DNA of 64,000 nt from Streptococcus sp. (GTDB lineage Bacteria; Bacillota; Bacilli; Lactobacillales; Streptococcaceae): positions 47,332-111,331 of the forward strand of contig JBKTJB010000007.1 of assembly GCA_047241705.1 (NCBI GenBank). The letters run 5' to 3'. Shown in pieces: positions 1-11,583 of the stretch. Under the pieces are notes generated by a model. That model was given only the letters and a program-made list of their open reading frames with translations, had not been told where the DNA came from and did no database searches. The stretch's first letter is position 1. Every line of letters begins with the position of its first letter. Both the position numbers and the translations under genes were made by a program.

Positions 1-833
1 GGTGTGCAAATACTACTAGCAAACAGTCCAGTCAAAAGACGCAAACTAGCTCAACGGTGCAGTTGTCAAAGGCTGACCAGAAGACCTTGGACAATGCGAC
101 GGCTGAATACAAAGATTTTGTCGAAATGCAAATTGACCAATTGCTCAAGGACTACATGAAGGATTCCGTGCTACCCTAAAAGAAGGAAATTTGGAAGAAG
201 CCAAAAAGCAATATCCCTTGATCCGTATGGCCTATGAACGTTCCGAACCGATTGCTGAAACCTTCGGAGAATCCAGATGTCAAGATCGACTACCGTTTGG
301 TGGATTATGTGGATGAAAATAAATCAGAAGATGGCTGGTCAGGTTTCCACCGGATTGAACGTATCCTTTGGGAAAACAATACTACAGATGGAACAGACAA
401 ATACGCATGACCAACTAGTGAACGATATCAAGGAGTTGAAAGCTAAAAATTGCTACAGTAGAAGTCACACCGGATATCATGTTGACCGGAGCTGTCGATT
501 TGCTCAACGAAGTGGCAACGCAAAAGATTACGGGTGAAGAAGAAGTCTTCTCTCATACAGATCTTTACGACTTCCGTGCCAATATTGAAGGGGCTGAAAA
601 GATCTTCTCTCTCTTTAAACCCTTGATTGAGAAAAAAGATGCTAAACTGGTTAAAACCTTGGAAGCAGAGTTCAAAAATGTCAATGCTTTATTGAGATAA
701 ACACATGACAGATGATTCAAATTATAAGTCTTACACAGAGTTGTCTAAGGAAGATACGAAGGAATTGGCTGAAGCTGTGACCAAACTCAGTGAACCCTTG
801 TCTCAAATGGGTGTGATTTTAGATGGGAAATAA
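1..833 (+). CDS. efeO: Iron uptake lipoprotein EfeO (imelysin/peptidase M75 family), 5' truncated by window edge, frameshifted
   Basis: Fragments encode YERSEPIAE, GFHRIE and KITGEEEVFSHTDLYDFRANIEGA motifs; first gene of the efeOB-FTR1-tatCA cluster. Confidence 0.85.
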
Positions 834-838
834 GAAAA

Positions 839-2041
839 ATGGCTGACGAAAAATTTTTAGATAAAAAAATGGACCGTCGTGAATTTCTTAAAAAAGCAGG
901 TATTGGAGGGGCTGGTCTAACGCTGGGTCTCTCTGGTGCATCTGCTTTTTCACTAATCAAGACAATTCCAGCAAAAAGCTTATGATGGGGATGAAGATAT
1001 CTCCTTTTATGGTAAGCATCAAGCAGGGATTACGACGCCCATGCAGAAGGCTTGCTACTTGGTGGTGTTAGATCTTCACACGACGGACAAAAAGAATTAT
1101 CCAGCTCTTTAAAGACTGGACCGATTACAGTAGTAAATTAGTCGAAGGAGAATTGGTCCAAAAAGATGGTTCCAATGCCCTCTTGCCACCAACAGATACA
1201 GGTGAAACAGTGGGACTCAACCCCTATCGGTTGAGCCTGACGTTTGGGGTATCGGCTTCCTTTCTAAAGAAACTAGGCTTGAGTCCAAACGTCCCAAACT
1301 CTTTCGTGATTTGCCCCCATTTCCAAAGGAGCAGTTGCAGGACAAATACACAGGTGGCGATATCGTCATTCAGGCCTGTGCAGACGATGAGCAAGTAGCC
1401 TTTCATGCGGTGCGAAATCTGATTCGTAAGGGTCGCAATACCATTACCATGAAGTGGAGCAAATCCAGGATTTGCGGCTATTGGTGACCGAAAGAAACGC
1501 CCGTAACCTCTTTGGTTTCAAGGATGGAACAGCAAATGTCACGACTGGAGAAAGACTTTGACAAGGTCGTCTGGACTGACAGCAAGGACTGGATGAAGGG
1601 TGGTTCTTATATGGCTCTTCGCCTAGTTCAAATGCACTTGAAACTTGGGACCGAACCAATTTGCAGGAGCAAGAAAACACCTTTGGTCGCTACAAGGAGT
1701 CCGGTGCTCCCTTTGGTAAAACCAACGAATTTGATGAAGTAGATTTATCTAAACTACCAGTAGATTCACATGTCCGTTTGGCCAAAGAAGTCGATCGACC
1801 GATTTTACGGAGGTCATCATATTCCTATTCGGATGGCATCAATGAACAGACTGGGCAATTTGATGCCGGCTTGATCTTTATCGCGTTTCAAAAGGATCCG
1901 AACAGCTTTGTCAAAATCCAAACCAACTTGGGCGCAGTCGATAAAATGAACGAGTACATCACCCATATCGAAGTGGACTATTTGCTTGCTTTGCAGGCGT
2001 TGAGAAAAGGAGGGTATCTTGGTCAAGCACTCTTTGAATAA
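839..2041 (+). CDS. efeB: Dyp-type peroxidase/deferrochelatase EfeB with twin-arginine signal, frameshifted
   Basis: N-terminus MADEKFLDKKMDRREFLKKAG (Tat motif); GFKDGTAN-like, HVRLA and GLIFIAFQ motifs. Confidence 0.9.
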
Positions 2042-3703
2042 ACTCTTGATCTTGTTCGGCCTTCTTGCCTTGTTCTGCACTCATCCAGTAGCTGCGGAGT
2101 CTTATAGCGATCTCTTTATCAAGATCACAGATGCAACAACCGCTATAGAAAATAAGGACCAGAAAAAGGCCAAGGAATTGATTGCTGAAATTCAGGCTGA
2201 TTTTGAATCCAAAGACCACCATGATTCCAAAGCAGGGAAAAAAGTTAGCCAAGCCCTAGCTATAAAAGGGGAGGTAACCAAAGACGATCTTACCAAGATC
2301 TCATCAGCCTTGCTCGCTTTTGAAAAAGAGCAAAATCCGGTCGATTTAGAGGCGGAAAAAGACAAACTCGTGAGTCGCCTCGCACCTTACTTTAAGAATC
2401 TACAAGAGGCCATTACAGCTAAGGATCTGGATAAAACTCGTCAAACCTATGCCGATCTCAATAATACCTGGACGCGAAACGAAGCAGTGGTAAGAGATCA
2501 TAGCACAGCCTACTATGGCAAAATCGAGACGGCCATTTCACTCTTGCGCAGTAGTATTGAAACAGAGCCTACCGATTTTACCAACATCCAGTCCTCTTAT
2601 GATGATCTCAAAAACGGGATTGATGCCTTTGTAAAAGGAGAAGCCATTAGCAGTGCTAGTACGGATTTGACGTTGAACGATGGGATCAGCTTTTGGAGAA
2701 GGCGCAAAGCCAATTCCAATCCGGCGACGACAAATCTGCAGCAGCGACTATGAAGCAGTTCATCACGATCTGGCCAACCATCGAGGGGGATGTCAGCACG
2801 ACGAATCCCAGTCTCTACACGCGCGTAGAGAGCGAATCCCCGGTCATTATGGTCAAGGGGAAAGAAAAGACCTATCAAGAGAAATTACAAGCCTTGATCA
2901 GAGACCTGTCTGCGATAGATACGACAGCTTCTTACAACGCCTTTGATGCCATGTTGATTCTTCTGCGTGAAGGAGTAGAAGCCCTTCTGATCGTGATGGC
3001 GCTTGTGACGACCCTTAAGGCCGCTAAGATGAGGAAAGGACTCAAATGGGTTTACGGTGGAGCTATTGCTGGTGTTCTTGCCAGTGCAGCGATCGCTCTT
3101 GTTTTGCAAGTAGCGTTTCCAGCCGTTACTTCGGGATCTAACCGGGAAATCATAGAAGGTGGCGTTGGGATTTTCGCTGTGGTCATGATGATTCTCATAG
3201 GAATTTGGCTCCACAGCAAGTCTTCAGTCAAACAGTGGAATGCCTTTATGGAACGTCAAATGAAGACAGTGACGGCTACAGGAAGCTTTGTCTCTATGTT
3301 TGCCCTCAGTTTTTTAGCAGTCTTTCGTGAAGGGGCTGAGACCATTCTCTTCTATGTCGGGATCATTCCGCGGATTACAACCGCGAATTTCTTACTGGGA
3401 ATCGGGCTTGCCATAGCCGTTCTCATCATCATTGCAGTGGCCATGACCAAGGCTAGTCAAGCTATCCAACCTCATCGAATCTTTTTCATTCTGACGTGGT
3501 TGATTTACGCTTTGGCCTTCAAGATGCTCGGTGTCAGCATCCACGCCCTGCAGTTGACCAATATCCTACCTAGCCATTTGGTCAATGGATTTCCAACCAT
3601 CGATTGGGCGGGCATCTATCCAAGCTGGGAAGTTCTTCTTCCTCAGTTAATGTTTGTGGCTCTGATCGCCCTCATCACGGTGAGACAACATGGCAAAGAG
3701 TAG
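2019..3703 (+). CDS. efeU: FTR1/EfeU family iron permease with N-terminal extracytoplasmic domain (one frameshift near 2690)
   Basis: Two REGxE motifs (LLREGVEA, FREGAET) in transmembrane segments. Confidence 0.9.
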
Positions 3704-4409
3704 AGCAGATGAAATGACCATTGTTGAGCACTTGGTCGAATTTCGAAAACGATTGATCGCAGTGGTCTTATGTTATATTATCGTCTTCATCGTAGCCTTT
3801 GTATTTGGAGGAGAACTCTACCAAGTATTGACGGCTAGCCTGCATCAAAAACTGCTGGTACTGGGACCGAATGATATCCTCTGGATCTATGTATCGCTGG
3901 CCAATCTCACAGCCTTTAGCCTGACCTTGCCCTTTATTGTCTACCAGATCTGGCAATTTGTAAGGCCGGCTCTGAAGGAGAAGGAGGCGCGTGCAATCTT
4001 TGCCTACATCCCAGCTAGCTTTATTTGCTTTGTGCTGGGGCTTGCATTTGGTTATTTCTTTGTCAGTCCAGCTATTTTAGAGGTCTTGATGCGTTTAGGA
4101 GAAGGGCTGTTTGATACCCAATTAACAGCACAAAATTATTTAACCTTCTTATGGCATACTACCTTGCCTTTAGGGGTCTTGTTCGAGTTACCAGTTTTGG
4201 TCGCTTTTCTGACCTCGATTGGACTTTTGACACCACAGTTTTTAATAACCTACCGACGTTACGCTTACTTTGTTCTGCTGGTCTTAGCCGTCGTGTTAAC
4301 CCCTGCAGACTTTATCAGTGACTTGGCCATGACACTCCCTTTGATCCTCTTATTTGAAGTCAGTGTCGCCATCAGTAAAGTCATCTATTCAAGAAAAAGG
4401 AGAAACTAA
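3690..4409 (+). CDS. tatC: Twin-arginine translocase subunit TatC
   Basis: HLVEFRKRL, YQIWQFVRPAL, FELPV and LTPAD motifs; intact 239 aa ORF. Confidence 0.95.
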   Translation: MAKSRADEMTIVEHLVEFRKRLIAVVLCYIIVFIVAFVFGGELYQVLTASLHQKLLVLGPNDILWIYVSLANLTAFSLTLPFIVYQIWQFVRPALKEKEARAIFAYIPASFICFVLGLAFGYFFVSPAILEVLMRLGEGLFDTQLTAQNYLTFLWHTTLPLGVLFELPVLVAFLTSIGLLTPQFLITYRRYAYFVLLVLAVVLTPADFISDLAMTLPLILLFEVSVAISKVIYSRKRRN

Positions 4410-4606
4410 TGGGAATTTTACGTGATATTGGAGCACCAGGATTAATCATCATCATCCTAGGCGCCCTCTTGATTTTTGGACCAAAACGCCTACCAGAGTT
4501 GGGCCAGTCCATCGGCAAAATGTTTGCTGAATTTAAGACAGCTGTCAATAAAGGCAGTGAAGAAGCTGACCAAGACGCCAAAGAAGCTAAAGAAGAAAAA
4601 GAATAA
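4409..4606 (+). CDS. tatA: Twin-arginine translocase subunit TatA
   Basis: LLIFGPKRLPELGQSIGK motif, 65 aa. Confidence 0.95.
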   Translation: MGILRDIGAPGLIIIILGALLIFGPKRLPELGQSIGKMFAEFKTAVNKGSEEADQDAKEAKEEKE

Positions 4607-4628
4607 TCAGACAATTTTCAAAATTCTA

Positions 4629-4657
4629 TTGAGTTCGATTGCATAAAAAGGTATAAT
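4629..4657 (+). promoter_or_regulatory. Sigma-A promoter upstream of a small ORF
   Basis: TTGAGT-N17-TATAAT. Confidence 0.65.
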
Positions 4658-4692
4658 AAGACAAGTACTTGCAATCGACGAAGGAGGAAACC

Positions 4693-4803
4693 ATGATTAT
4701 TACGATTTTGTCACTCATTTTCTATTTCAGCTATATCGGATTCTTATGCTGGTTGGTCGTAAAAATTGTCGAAAAATTGTTCAATTTCTTGTTGAACCGT
4801 TAA
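4693..4803 (+). CDS. 36-aa hydrophobic small protein (MIITILSLIFYFSYIGFLCWLVVKIVEKLFNFLLNR)
   Basis: Strong AAGGAGG RBS, own promoter, downstream hairpin; below the ORF-track length cutoff. Confidence 0.6.
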   Translation: MIITILSLIFYFSYIGFLCWLVVKIVEKLFNFLLNR

Positions 4804-4929
4804 TAAAGAAACAATCCATTTCACCCCGAGTGAGTGGATTTTGTGTCCAATTCAGTTGTAGGAAAGATTCTAAAACAAAGAGGTTTTAACGGTCTCCAGA
4901 TTGAATAGATAAAGTCATATAAAAACTTT

Positions 4930-4980
4930 CCTTGGTGAGTACGGACGTCAGCGAACTTATTAGAAGTTCCATGACTAAAT
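4930..4980 (+). repeat. Short dispersed intergenic repeat (GTACGGACG...GTTCCATG.CTAA); related copy in inverse orientation near 42480-42550
   Basis: gagtacggacgtcagcgaacttattagaagttccatgactaa resembles the reverse complement of ttaggcatggaactctatgagaggtcgtctgccgtccgtacta. Confidence 0.55.
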
Positions 4981-5329
4981 CAAAATACAAAGGGCGTTCC
5001 GGTGGATAAAGTCAAAAGAGGGAAATTAGAAAGCAAGTGAACAACACAACAAAACCATCGTTTTACTGACTGTTTTGTTTATTGCTATGCTTTCCATTTC
5101 AATGTTTTTATATCTTTCAACTCCTAGTATTTTTTGTTACTAGTGATGGACTATATCGTTTGTTTTTCTTATCTATTTTATAAGAATGTTAAGCTTAATA
5201 GAAATAAGCAGTAATTACAAGATTGTAATATATTCTGTTATAGCTTTATGTGGCATGGGTGGTAAACTTGATATGACTTTTATTATCTATGGTATAATGA
5301 GATAAATTTGGAGTTGTAGAGGTGAGCAT

Positions 5330-5949
5330 TTGGAAGAACATAGACCTGATTTTAGAGATATAAAATCATTTGAAGAATTTAACAGATACTACTGGTATCG
5401 AGAAGAGCTTTCACAAATTTGTAAGTACCTTGGATTAGGAATACAGATGTACAAAAAAAGAATTAAATCATATTATAGAACAATATTTTAGGGGAAATAG
5501 AGTAGAAAAATTTTTGAGGAAAAGAAATAAAAATCAAACCGAAATAATAACCCTAAATACATCATTACTTGAATGTGGGTTTTCCTTTAATCAGAAATTT
5601 CGTGATTATTTTTCAGCTGTAACAGGTGTTAATCCGTTTAAGTTTAATGCTGATATGGCAACTGCTTGGAGAAAAGTAAAACGGGACAACAACATAAATT
5701 TTACAATCCAAGATATGATTAAAATATACTATGGAGAGTCAGACTACGCCAAGTATGATAATTCAGCTTGCCAATGGAATCAATTTCTAAAAGATCTTTG
5801 TGCAGATGAATTTAGCAATCATTACTCCAACAAGTTAAAAGTTGCGGCTATCCTTTGGAATGAAGTTAGAGATTCAAAAAATAAAAAAATTTATTCACTG
5901 GGGACTTCTAAAAGAATATAGCTACAAAATAGAGGAGTACTGTAAGTAA
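5330..5949 (+). CDS. SAP domain-containing protein (DUF6434-like), low GC, frameshifted
   Basis: TTG start after TATAAT; EEFNRYYWYREELSQICK and C-terminal CQWNQFLKD motifs. Confidence 0.65.
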
Positions 5950-6241
5950 ACAACTTCAAGTTTGTCGAACGGAATATAAGTAATAAAGACGATAGCACTC
6001 TGTTTTTGCAGAGTGCTTTTTTGTTTTATAGAATATAAGAGAATGTAGATATTTATTTTCTCACATGATCGACAGAAGATGTCGATAGTATAATATATCA
6101 ACCAACCTTAATATTTTTTACAGAAGATCTGTGTTTATCAGCTTATCAAAAATATAATCAAGAACATAGATATTATATGTTTAAAAAGTCCTATTGTCAG
6201 TTCGGAACAAGTAGTAGATAGGAGAAGGGGAGAAAAAACTA

Positions 6242-6780
6242 GTGAATAAAGACCAATTGATAGAGAAACCAGAAATAATATTGTTGGGGTTATTGCAAAT
6301 CATCAGTTTAACTGGTATATTTGTTCAAACGAAATGTGGACAATGGATATCGATAAATATATTCAGGCATACCAGGAAGCAGGTCTGGATGTTGATTTTC
6401 TCTCCTATTTACCTGAGATTCAGCAGAATCTTCATGATTACAAAAAGTAATCTTGAGAGCTACTTAGAAATGTATAAAGATATTTATTGAAGGTGATTTG
6501 GTTGAAGAATTGATCTCAATGATCAAACGTTCAATGGAAGAGGAGAACTTGAATTCAGAGATTATTCTGGAAGGAAAGCCTTGCTTCCGGATCTTCATCG
6601 ATTTTTGATAAAGAAGAATTTTATCTAAACCATCTGGGATGAAAACTACGAAAGATATGTGCCAAACGGATGGAAGTTTTTTCAGGGACGTTTTGATCAT
6701 TTGATCCCCAAAGAGGAGCAATATTGATTGAAGAGACCAAGAAACTGAAGGAACTAGTCTTCTATTCATATAAAAATAAT
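6242..6780 (+). CDS. Hypothetical acidic protein, frameshifted, end approximate
   Basis: RBS-like GGAG before the GTG start; coding-like sequence continues across frames. Confidence 0.4.
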
Positions 6781-6917
6781 ACAGTTTAAAAGTATTTCAT
6801 GAGATCAGAATGCTTTAAAATTTCGCCACATTTCAAATCTTTATATTCCGTTTCGTTAGAATAGCGATGGAAACAAACAATATGCTATACTGAAGTAGAT
6901 AGAAGGAGGAGCGACTG

Positions 6918-7530
6918 ATGAGCAGAAAGTGGTAAAGATCATTGCTATTTTAATTTTCATCCTATCCGCAGTTACTTTGTCTACAATAAACTAACGAAGC
7001 CGAATCTTGGACCGAAAACAACAAAGCTCTATAGCATGGTTTTCTTTTGCTAGAAGAACAAATCTGGAACCTACATCAAAGAACACTATACTGGGATTGA
7101 GAAGATTGAGTTCTCCCCAATCTACGTTACTGAAGAAGGGTCAACATTCTCAAATGCCTATGTGCGTCCGACGATCTATGACAAGTATGGAAATAAAGCT
7201 ACTCTGGGAGATAAAAATAAAGAAATTTATTCCATTAAGTTATGGATTGATTCAGACATTGTTCTGATTTTGATGGAGGTAAGTAACAGTTACATTGAGT
7301 TACTGGACCTAATGGCAAACCTGTAGACGTTTCAAATGGAGGAGCATTTGCCTAAGAGAGCTATACTCACAGAGGCAAGTAGTACAGATGAAAATATTGA
7401 ATTATTAGTAGAAGATGGTCAGTTAATAGGAGTCGTAGCGATGATAAAGGAAGCCCTGGTGCAGAAATTGTTTATAATACGGAACTCCATAAAGGAGACG
7501 CGGGAGAGAGAGCTAACTAATGAAATAGAA
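6918..7530 (+). CDS. Hypothetical N-terminally anchored surface protein (possible immunity-type), frameshifted
   Basis: GGAG RBS; N-terminal hydrophobic helix followed by YIKEHYTGIEKIEFSPIY-like segment when frames are joined. Confidence 0.5.
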
Positions 7531-7552
7531 TGAAAAAGAAAGGACAAAACAC

Positions 7553-8317
7553 ATGCAGTTTTATTTTCATCGGTGGCCCAGGCGGCATTAGCTACCATCT
7601 GGCGCCACTTATTGATGAGCTAGGCTTTCCTGTGACCTTTCTAGGATCCCTATAGGGAAGATGATTCAGACAGAAACGATCTTCGTGATTGGTTCCAAGG
7701 TCGGGTTGGCCAGGTGGGAGAAATCTGTTTATTGGGGCATTCCTTGGGTGGAGATTTGGCTCGTTATCTGGCTACTGAGTTTCCCCAGATCCAGGCTTTG
7801 ATTCTCCTGGATGGTGGGCTATCTGGATATGGAAAAGATCCTGCCTCTTGAAGAAGAACTAGAAGGAACGGCGTCCTTCATGCAAGCAGCAAGTTTTTGC
7901 AACTTTAGAAGAAGCTGTGTTATCAGAACTTGGTGATGGAGCAGATCCGACTCCTAGACGCGAAAAGCAGTAGAGGCTAGCTATCGCTGGAATCCAGTGA
8001 GTGAACAATATGAATTAAATCTGGATCTCGGAAAAGGTCATGGCCTTATTGCGTCTACGGCGTCAGATCAAGACCTACTAGATTCCACTGGCAGACCAGC
8101 CTGTCCTCTTTATTGGCCTCGATACCAAGAAGAGCCTGAATGGAGAAAAGAAGCTCTGAAGCAACTAGATCCCCAGATCGAGCAAGTCTTGCTAGATGGT
8201 TTGGGGCACGAACTGTATACAGAGGCGCCTGAAATTGTAGCTAGAGAAGTCAACAATTGGCTCCAAAATGCTCATAAACAAAACCTGTTTCTTTTGAAAC
8301 GGGTTTTTGGCTTGTAA
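7553..8317 (+). CDS. Alpha/beta hydrolase, frameshifted
   Basis: GHSLGG nucleophile elbow, LILLDGG and C-terminal GLGHELY. Confidence 0.75.
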
Positions 8318-8332
8318 TTTCCCGAACGTTAT
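8316..8332 (+). promoter_or_regulatory. PurR box-like site upstream of guaC
   Basis: tttCCCGAACgtt resembles the AWWWCCGAACWWT PurBox; followed by TTGCAT...TATAAT promoter. Confidence 0.5.
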
Positions 8333-8461
8333 TTCCTATAAAATCATTCCCATTGCATTAGGTCCGTATCTTTGGTATAATCTATCAAGGAAACGTCAAG
8401 AGACGTAGCGATGCGCTTGCGCATAGGTAGGTCAGTTTTTAGAAAAGAGATTTTTCAATCT

Positions 8462-9455
8462 ATGTTAAATGAATTTCCTATTTTCGACTATGAAGATATT
8501 CAGTTGATTCCCAACAAATGTATCATCAATAGCCGGTCAGAAGCAGATACAACCGTCCAATTTGGAAAGCATACCTTCAAGCTTCCAGTCGTTCCTGCCA
8601 ATATGCATGACAATCTTGGATGAGAAATGTAGCAGAGCAGTTGGCGCGTGGTGGTTACTTCTACACTCAGTGCACCGTTTTTGATGAAGCGGGTCGGATT
8701 CCTTTTGTCAAACGCATGCATGAGCAAGGGTTTGATCGCTTCCATTTCAGTTGGTGTTAAGGAATACGAATACGACTTTGTGAGTCAATTAAAGGCAGAT
8801 GCGCCTGAGTACATCACTATTGATATCGCACACGGTCATGCGGATAGTGTCATTCGGATGATTCAACACATCAAGAAAGAATTACCAGATACCTTTGTCA
8901 TTGCTGGAAATGTTGGAACACCTGAAGCTGTTCGTGAATTGGAAAATGCGGGAGCTGATGCGACTAAGGTCGGGATCGGCCCCGGTAAGGTTTGGTATCA
9001 CCAAAGTGAAGACTGGATTTGGTACAGGTGGTTGGCAACTGGTCTGCGCTTCGCTGGTGCTCAAAAGCGGCGCGTAAGCCAATCATTGCGGACGGTGGTA
9101 TTCGGACCCATGGTGATATTGCCAAATCGATTCGTTTCGGGGCATCTATGGTCATGATCGGTTCTTCTTTGCAGGACATATCGAAAGTCCTGGTAAAACA
9201 GTAGAGATTGATGGAGAGTCTTTCAAGGAGCACTAGCGGATCTGCTTCAGAGTACCAAAAGGCGCTTATAAGAACGTCGAAGGGAAGAAGATTTTATTGC
9301 CTGCCAAGGGTCATTTGCAAGACACCCTGACAGAAATGGAACAAGATTTGCAAAGTTCGATCTCGTATGCAGGAGGCCGAAAATTAGCAGATTTGAAACA
9401 CGTTGACTATGTGATCGCTAAGAATTCTATCTGGAATGGCGATGCACACTCAACT
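8462..9455 (+). CDS. guaC: GMP reductase, frameshifted
   Basis: [30 protein letters not shown] and [15 protein letters not shown] motifs. Confidence 0.93.
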
Positions 9456-9458
9456 GAA

Positions 9459-9525
9459 TTACTTATTTATTTCACGAATGGGCGTGATGTTTCTACAAGG
9501 TGCCGGAACACCTAACAATAAGTAA
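9459..9525 (+). ncRNA. Purine (guanine-type) riboswitch aptamer
   Basis: P1 ttacttatt/aataagtaa, GTTTCTAC junction, P3 aggtg/cacct with CC loop, C at discriminator position; directly upstream of xpt. Confidence 0.9.
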
Positions 9526-9558
9526 GTCGGGACTATTTCTCTTTCTAGAGAGATTTCA

Positions 9559-9582
9559 AGGCTTGCTTAGCAGGCCTTTTTG
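9559..9582 (+). terminator. Riboswitch expression-platform terminator
   Basis: aggcttgc-tta-gcaggcct followed by T-run. Confidence 0.7.
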
Positions 9583-9629
9583 TATTTTGTGAATGAAGTA
9601 GATGGATTTTTTAAAAAGTAGGAGGAAGC

Positions 9630-10212
9630 ATGAAATTACTTGAAGAGCGCATCTTAAAAGATGGCAATGTTTTGGGTGAGAATATCCTCAAGGTGGATTC
9701 CTTTTTGACCCACCAAGTGGATTTCAAATTGATGAAAGAAATTGGTCAGACTTTTGCGGACCGGTTCAAAGATGCTGGTGTGACGAAAGTCGTGACCATT
9801 GAAGCATCTGGGATTGCACCTGCCCTTATGCAGCTGAAGCCTTTGGATGTTCCCATGGATCTTTGCTAAGAAGGCGAAAAACATCACGATGAATGAGGGC
9901 ATCTTGACGGCTGAGGTTTATTCCTTTACCAAGCAAGTCACCAGCACCGTTTCGATTGCGGGTAAATTCTTGGATCCATCGGACAAGGTTTTGATCATTG
10001 ACGATTTCCTTGCAAATGGTCAAGCAGCCAAAGGCTTGATTCAAATCATCGAACAAGCTGGGGCTCAAGTCGAAGCGATTGGGATCGTGATTGAAAAATC
10101 CTTCCAAGATGGACGGGGATTGTTAGAAGAGTTGGGATATCCAGTTGTATCCCTCGCACGTTTGGACCGTTTTGAAAATGGTCAGGTTGTATTTAAGGAG
10201 GCAGACATCTAA
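9630..10212 (+). CDS. xpt: Xanthine phosphoribosyltransferase, frameshifted
   Basis: [19 protein letters not shown] and IIDDFLANG motifs. Confidence 0.95.
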
Positions 10213-11472
10213 TGCAAAAACAAGAAAGCCATTCACAGGCGGCCATTCTAGGCTTGCAACACCTTTTGGCCATGTATTCGGGATCTATTTTGGTGCCGAT
10301 CATGATCGCAGGAGCTTTGGGCTATAACGCTCATCAACTAACCTATCTCATCTCTACAGATATCTTCATGTGTGGGGTCGCAACTTTCCTTCAAGTGCAG
10401 CTCAATAAATACTTTGGGATCGGTCCTCCGGTAGTCCTTGGGGTTGCCTTCCAGTCTGTAGCGCTCTCAGCATGATCGGGGCAAGCCATGGTAGTGGTGC
10501 CATGTTTGGTGCCTTGATTGTCTCAGGGATTTATGTCATCCTTGTCTCTGGTTTCTTCTCTAAGATTGCCAATCTCTTCCCATCTATTGTAACGGGATCC
10601 GTTATTACCACCATTGGTTTGACTTTGATTCCAGTAGCGATTGGAAATATGGGAAATAATGCGCCAAAACCAACCGTTCAAAGCTTGATTTTGGCTGTGG
10701 TGACTATTCTCATCATTTTAGTCGTTAATATCTATACGACTGGTTTTATTAAATCCATTTCAATTTTGATTGGTTTGATCGCAGGTACTGCCATTGCGGC
10801 TTCTATGGGCTTGGTAGACTTCACACCTGTGGTCAAGCACCAGCTCGTTCACGTTCCAACGCCTTTCTTCCTTGGAGCTCCTAAGTTTGAAATCACCTCC
10901 ATCTTAATGATGTGTATCATCGCAACAGTTTCTATGGTGGAATCAACAGGTGTCTATCTCGCTCTTTCTGATATTACCAAAGATCCAATTAATAGCACGC
11001 GCCTTCGCAATGGGTACCGCGCTGAAGGGTTGGCTGTTCTCCTCGGTGGTATCTTCAACACCTTCCCTTACACTGGATTCTCACAAAACGTTGGCTTGGT
11101 GAAATTGTCTGGTATCAAGACTCGTCTCCCAATCTATTATGCGGCTGGTTTCCTTGTTCTTCTTGGTCTCCTTCCTAAGTTTGGAGCTTTGGCACAAATC
11201 ATTCCAAGTCCAGTTCCTGGGGAGCGATGCTGGTCATGTTTGGTTTTGTATCGATTCAAGGGATGCAGATTCTTGCGCGTGTTGATTTTGAACACAATGA
11301 GCACAATTCTTTGATCGCTGCTGTATCGATTGCTGCAGGGGTTGGTTTGAACAACAGCACCCTCTTCAATGGCCTTCCAACAGGATTCCAAATGTTCTTT
11401 GCGAACGGAATTGTCGTTGCCAGTGTCTTGGCGATCGTTCTCAATGCTATTTTAAACCGCAATCAAAACTAA
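10212..11472 (+). CDS. pbuX: Xanthine permease (NCS2 family), frameshifted
   Basis: LGLQHLLAMY and FSQNVGLV NAT signature. Confidence 0.93.
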
Positions 11473-11481
11473 TCTCACATG

Positions 11482-11512
11482 AACCGGAGGTCCTTGGATC
11501 TTCGGTTTTTTT
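11482..11512 (+). terminator. Rho-independent terminator
   Basis: aaccggaggtcc/ggatcttcggtt followed by T-run. Confidence 0.7.
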
Positions 11513-11583
11513 GACTTTTAAAGAAACATATAGTAGAGTGGAAGAGGAGAAAACTCTTATTTGATGAGAAGAGAGTTAGAATC

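Noticed and set aside
5037..5215. Small hydrophobic ORF remnant
   Set aside because: No continuous frame or clear start could be established in this AT-rich, error-prone stretch.
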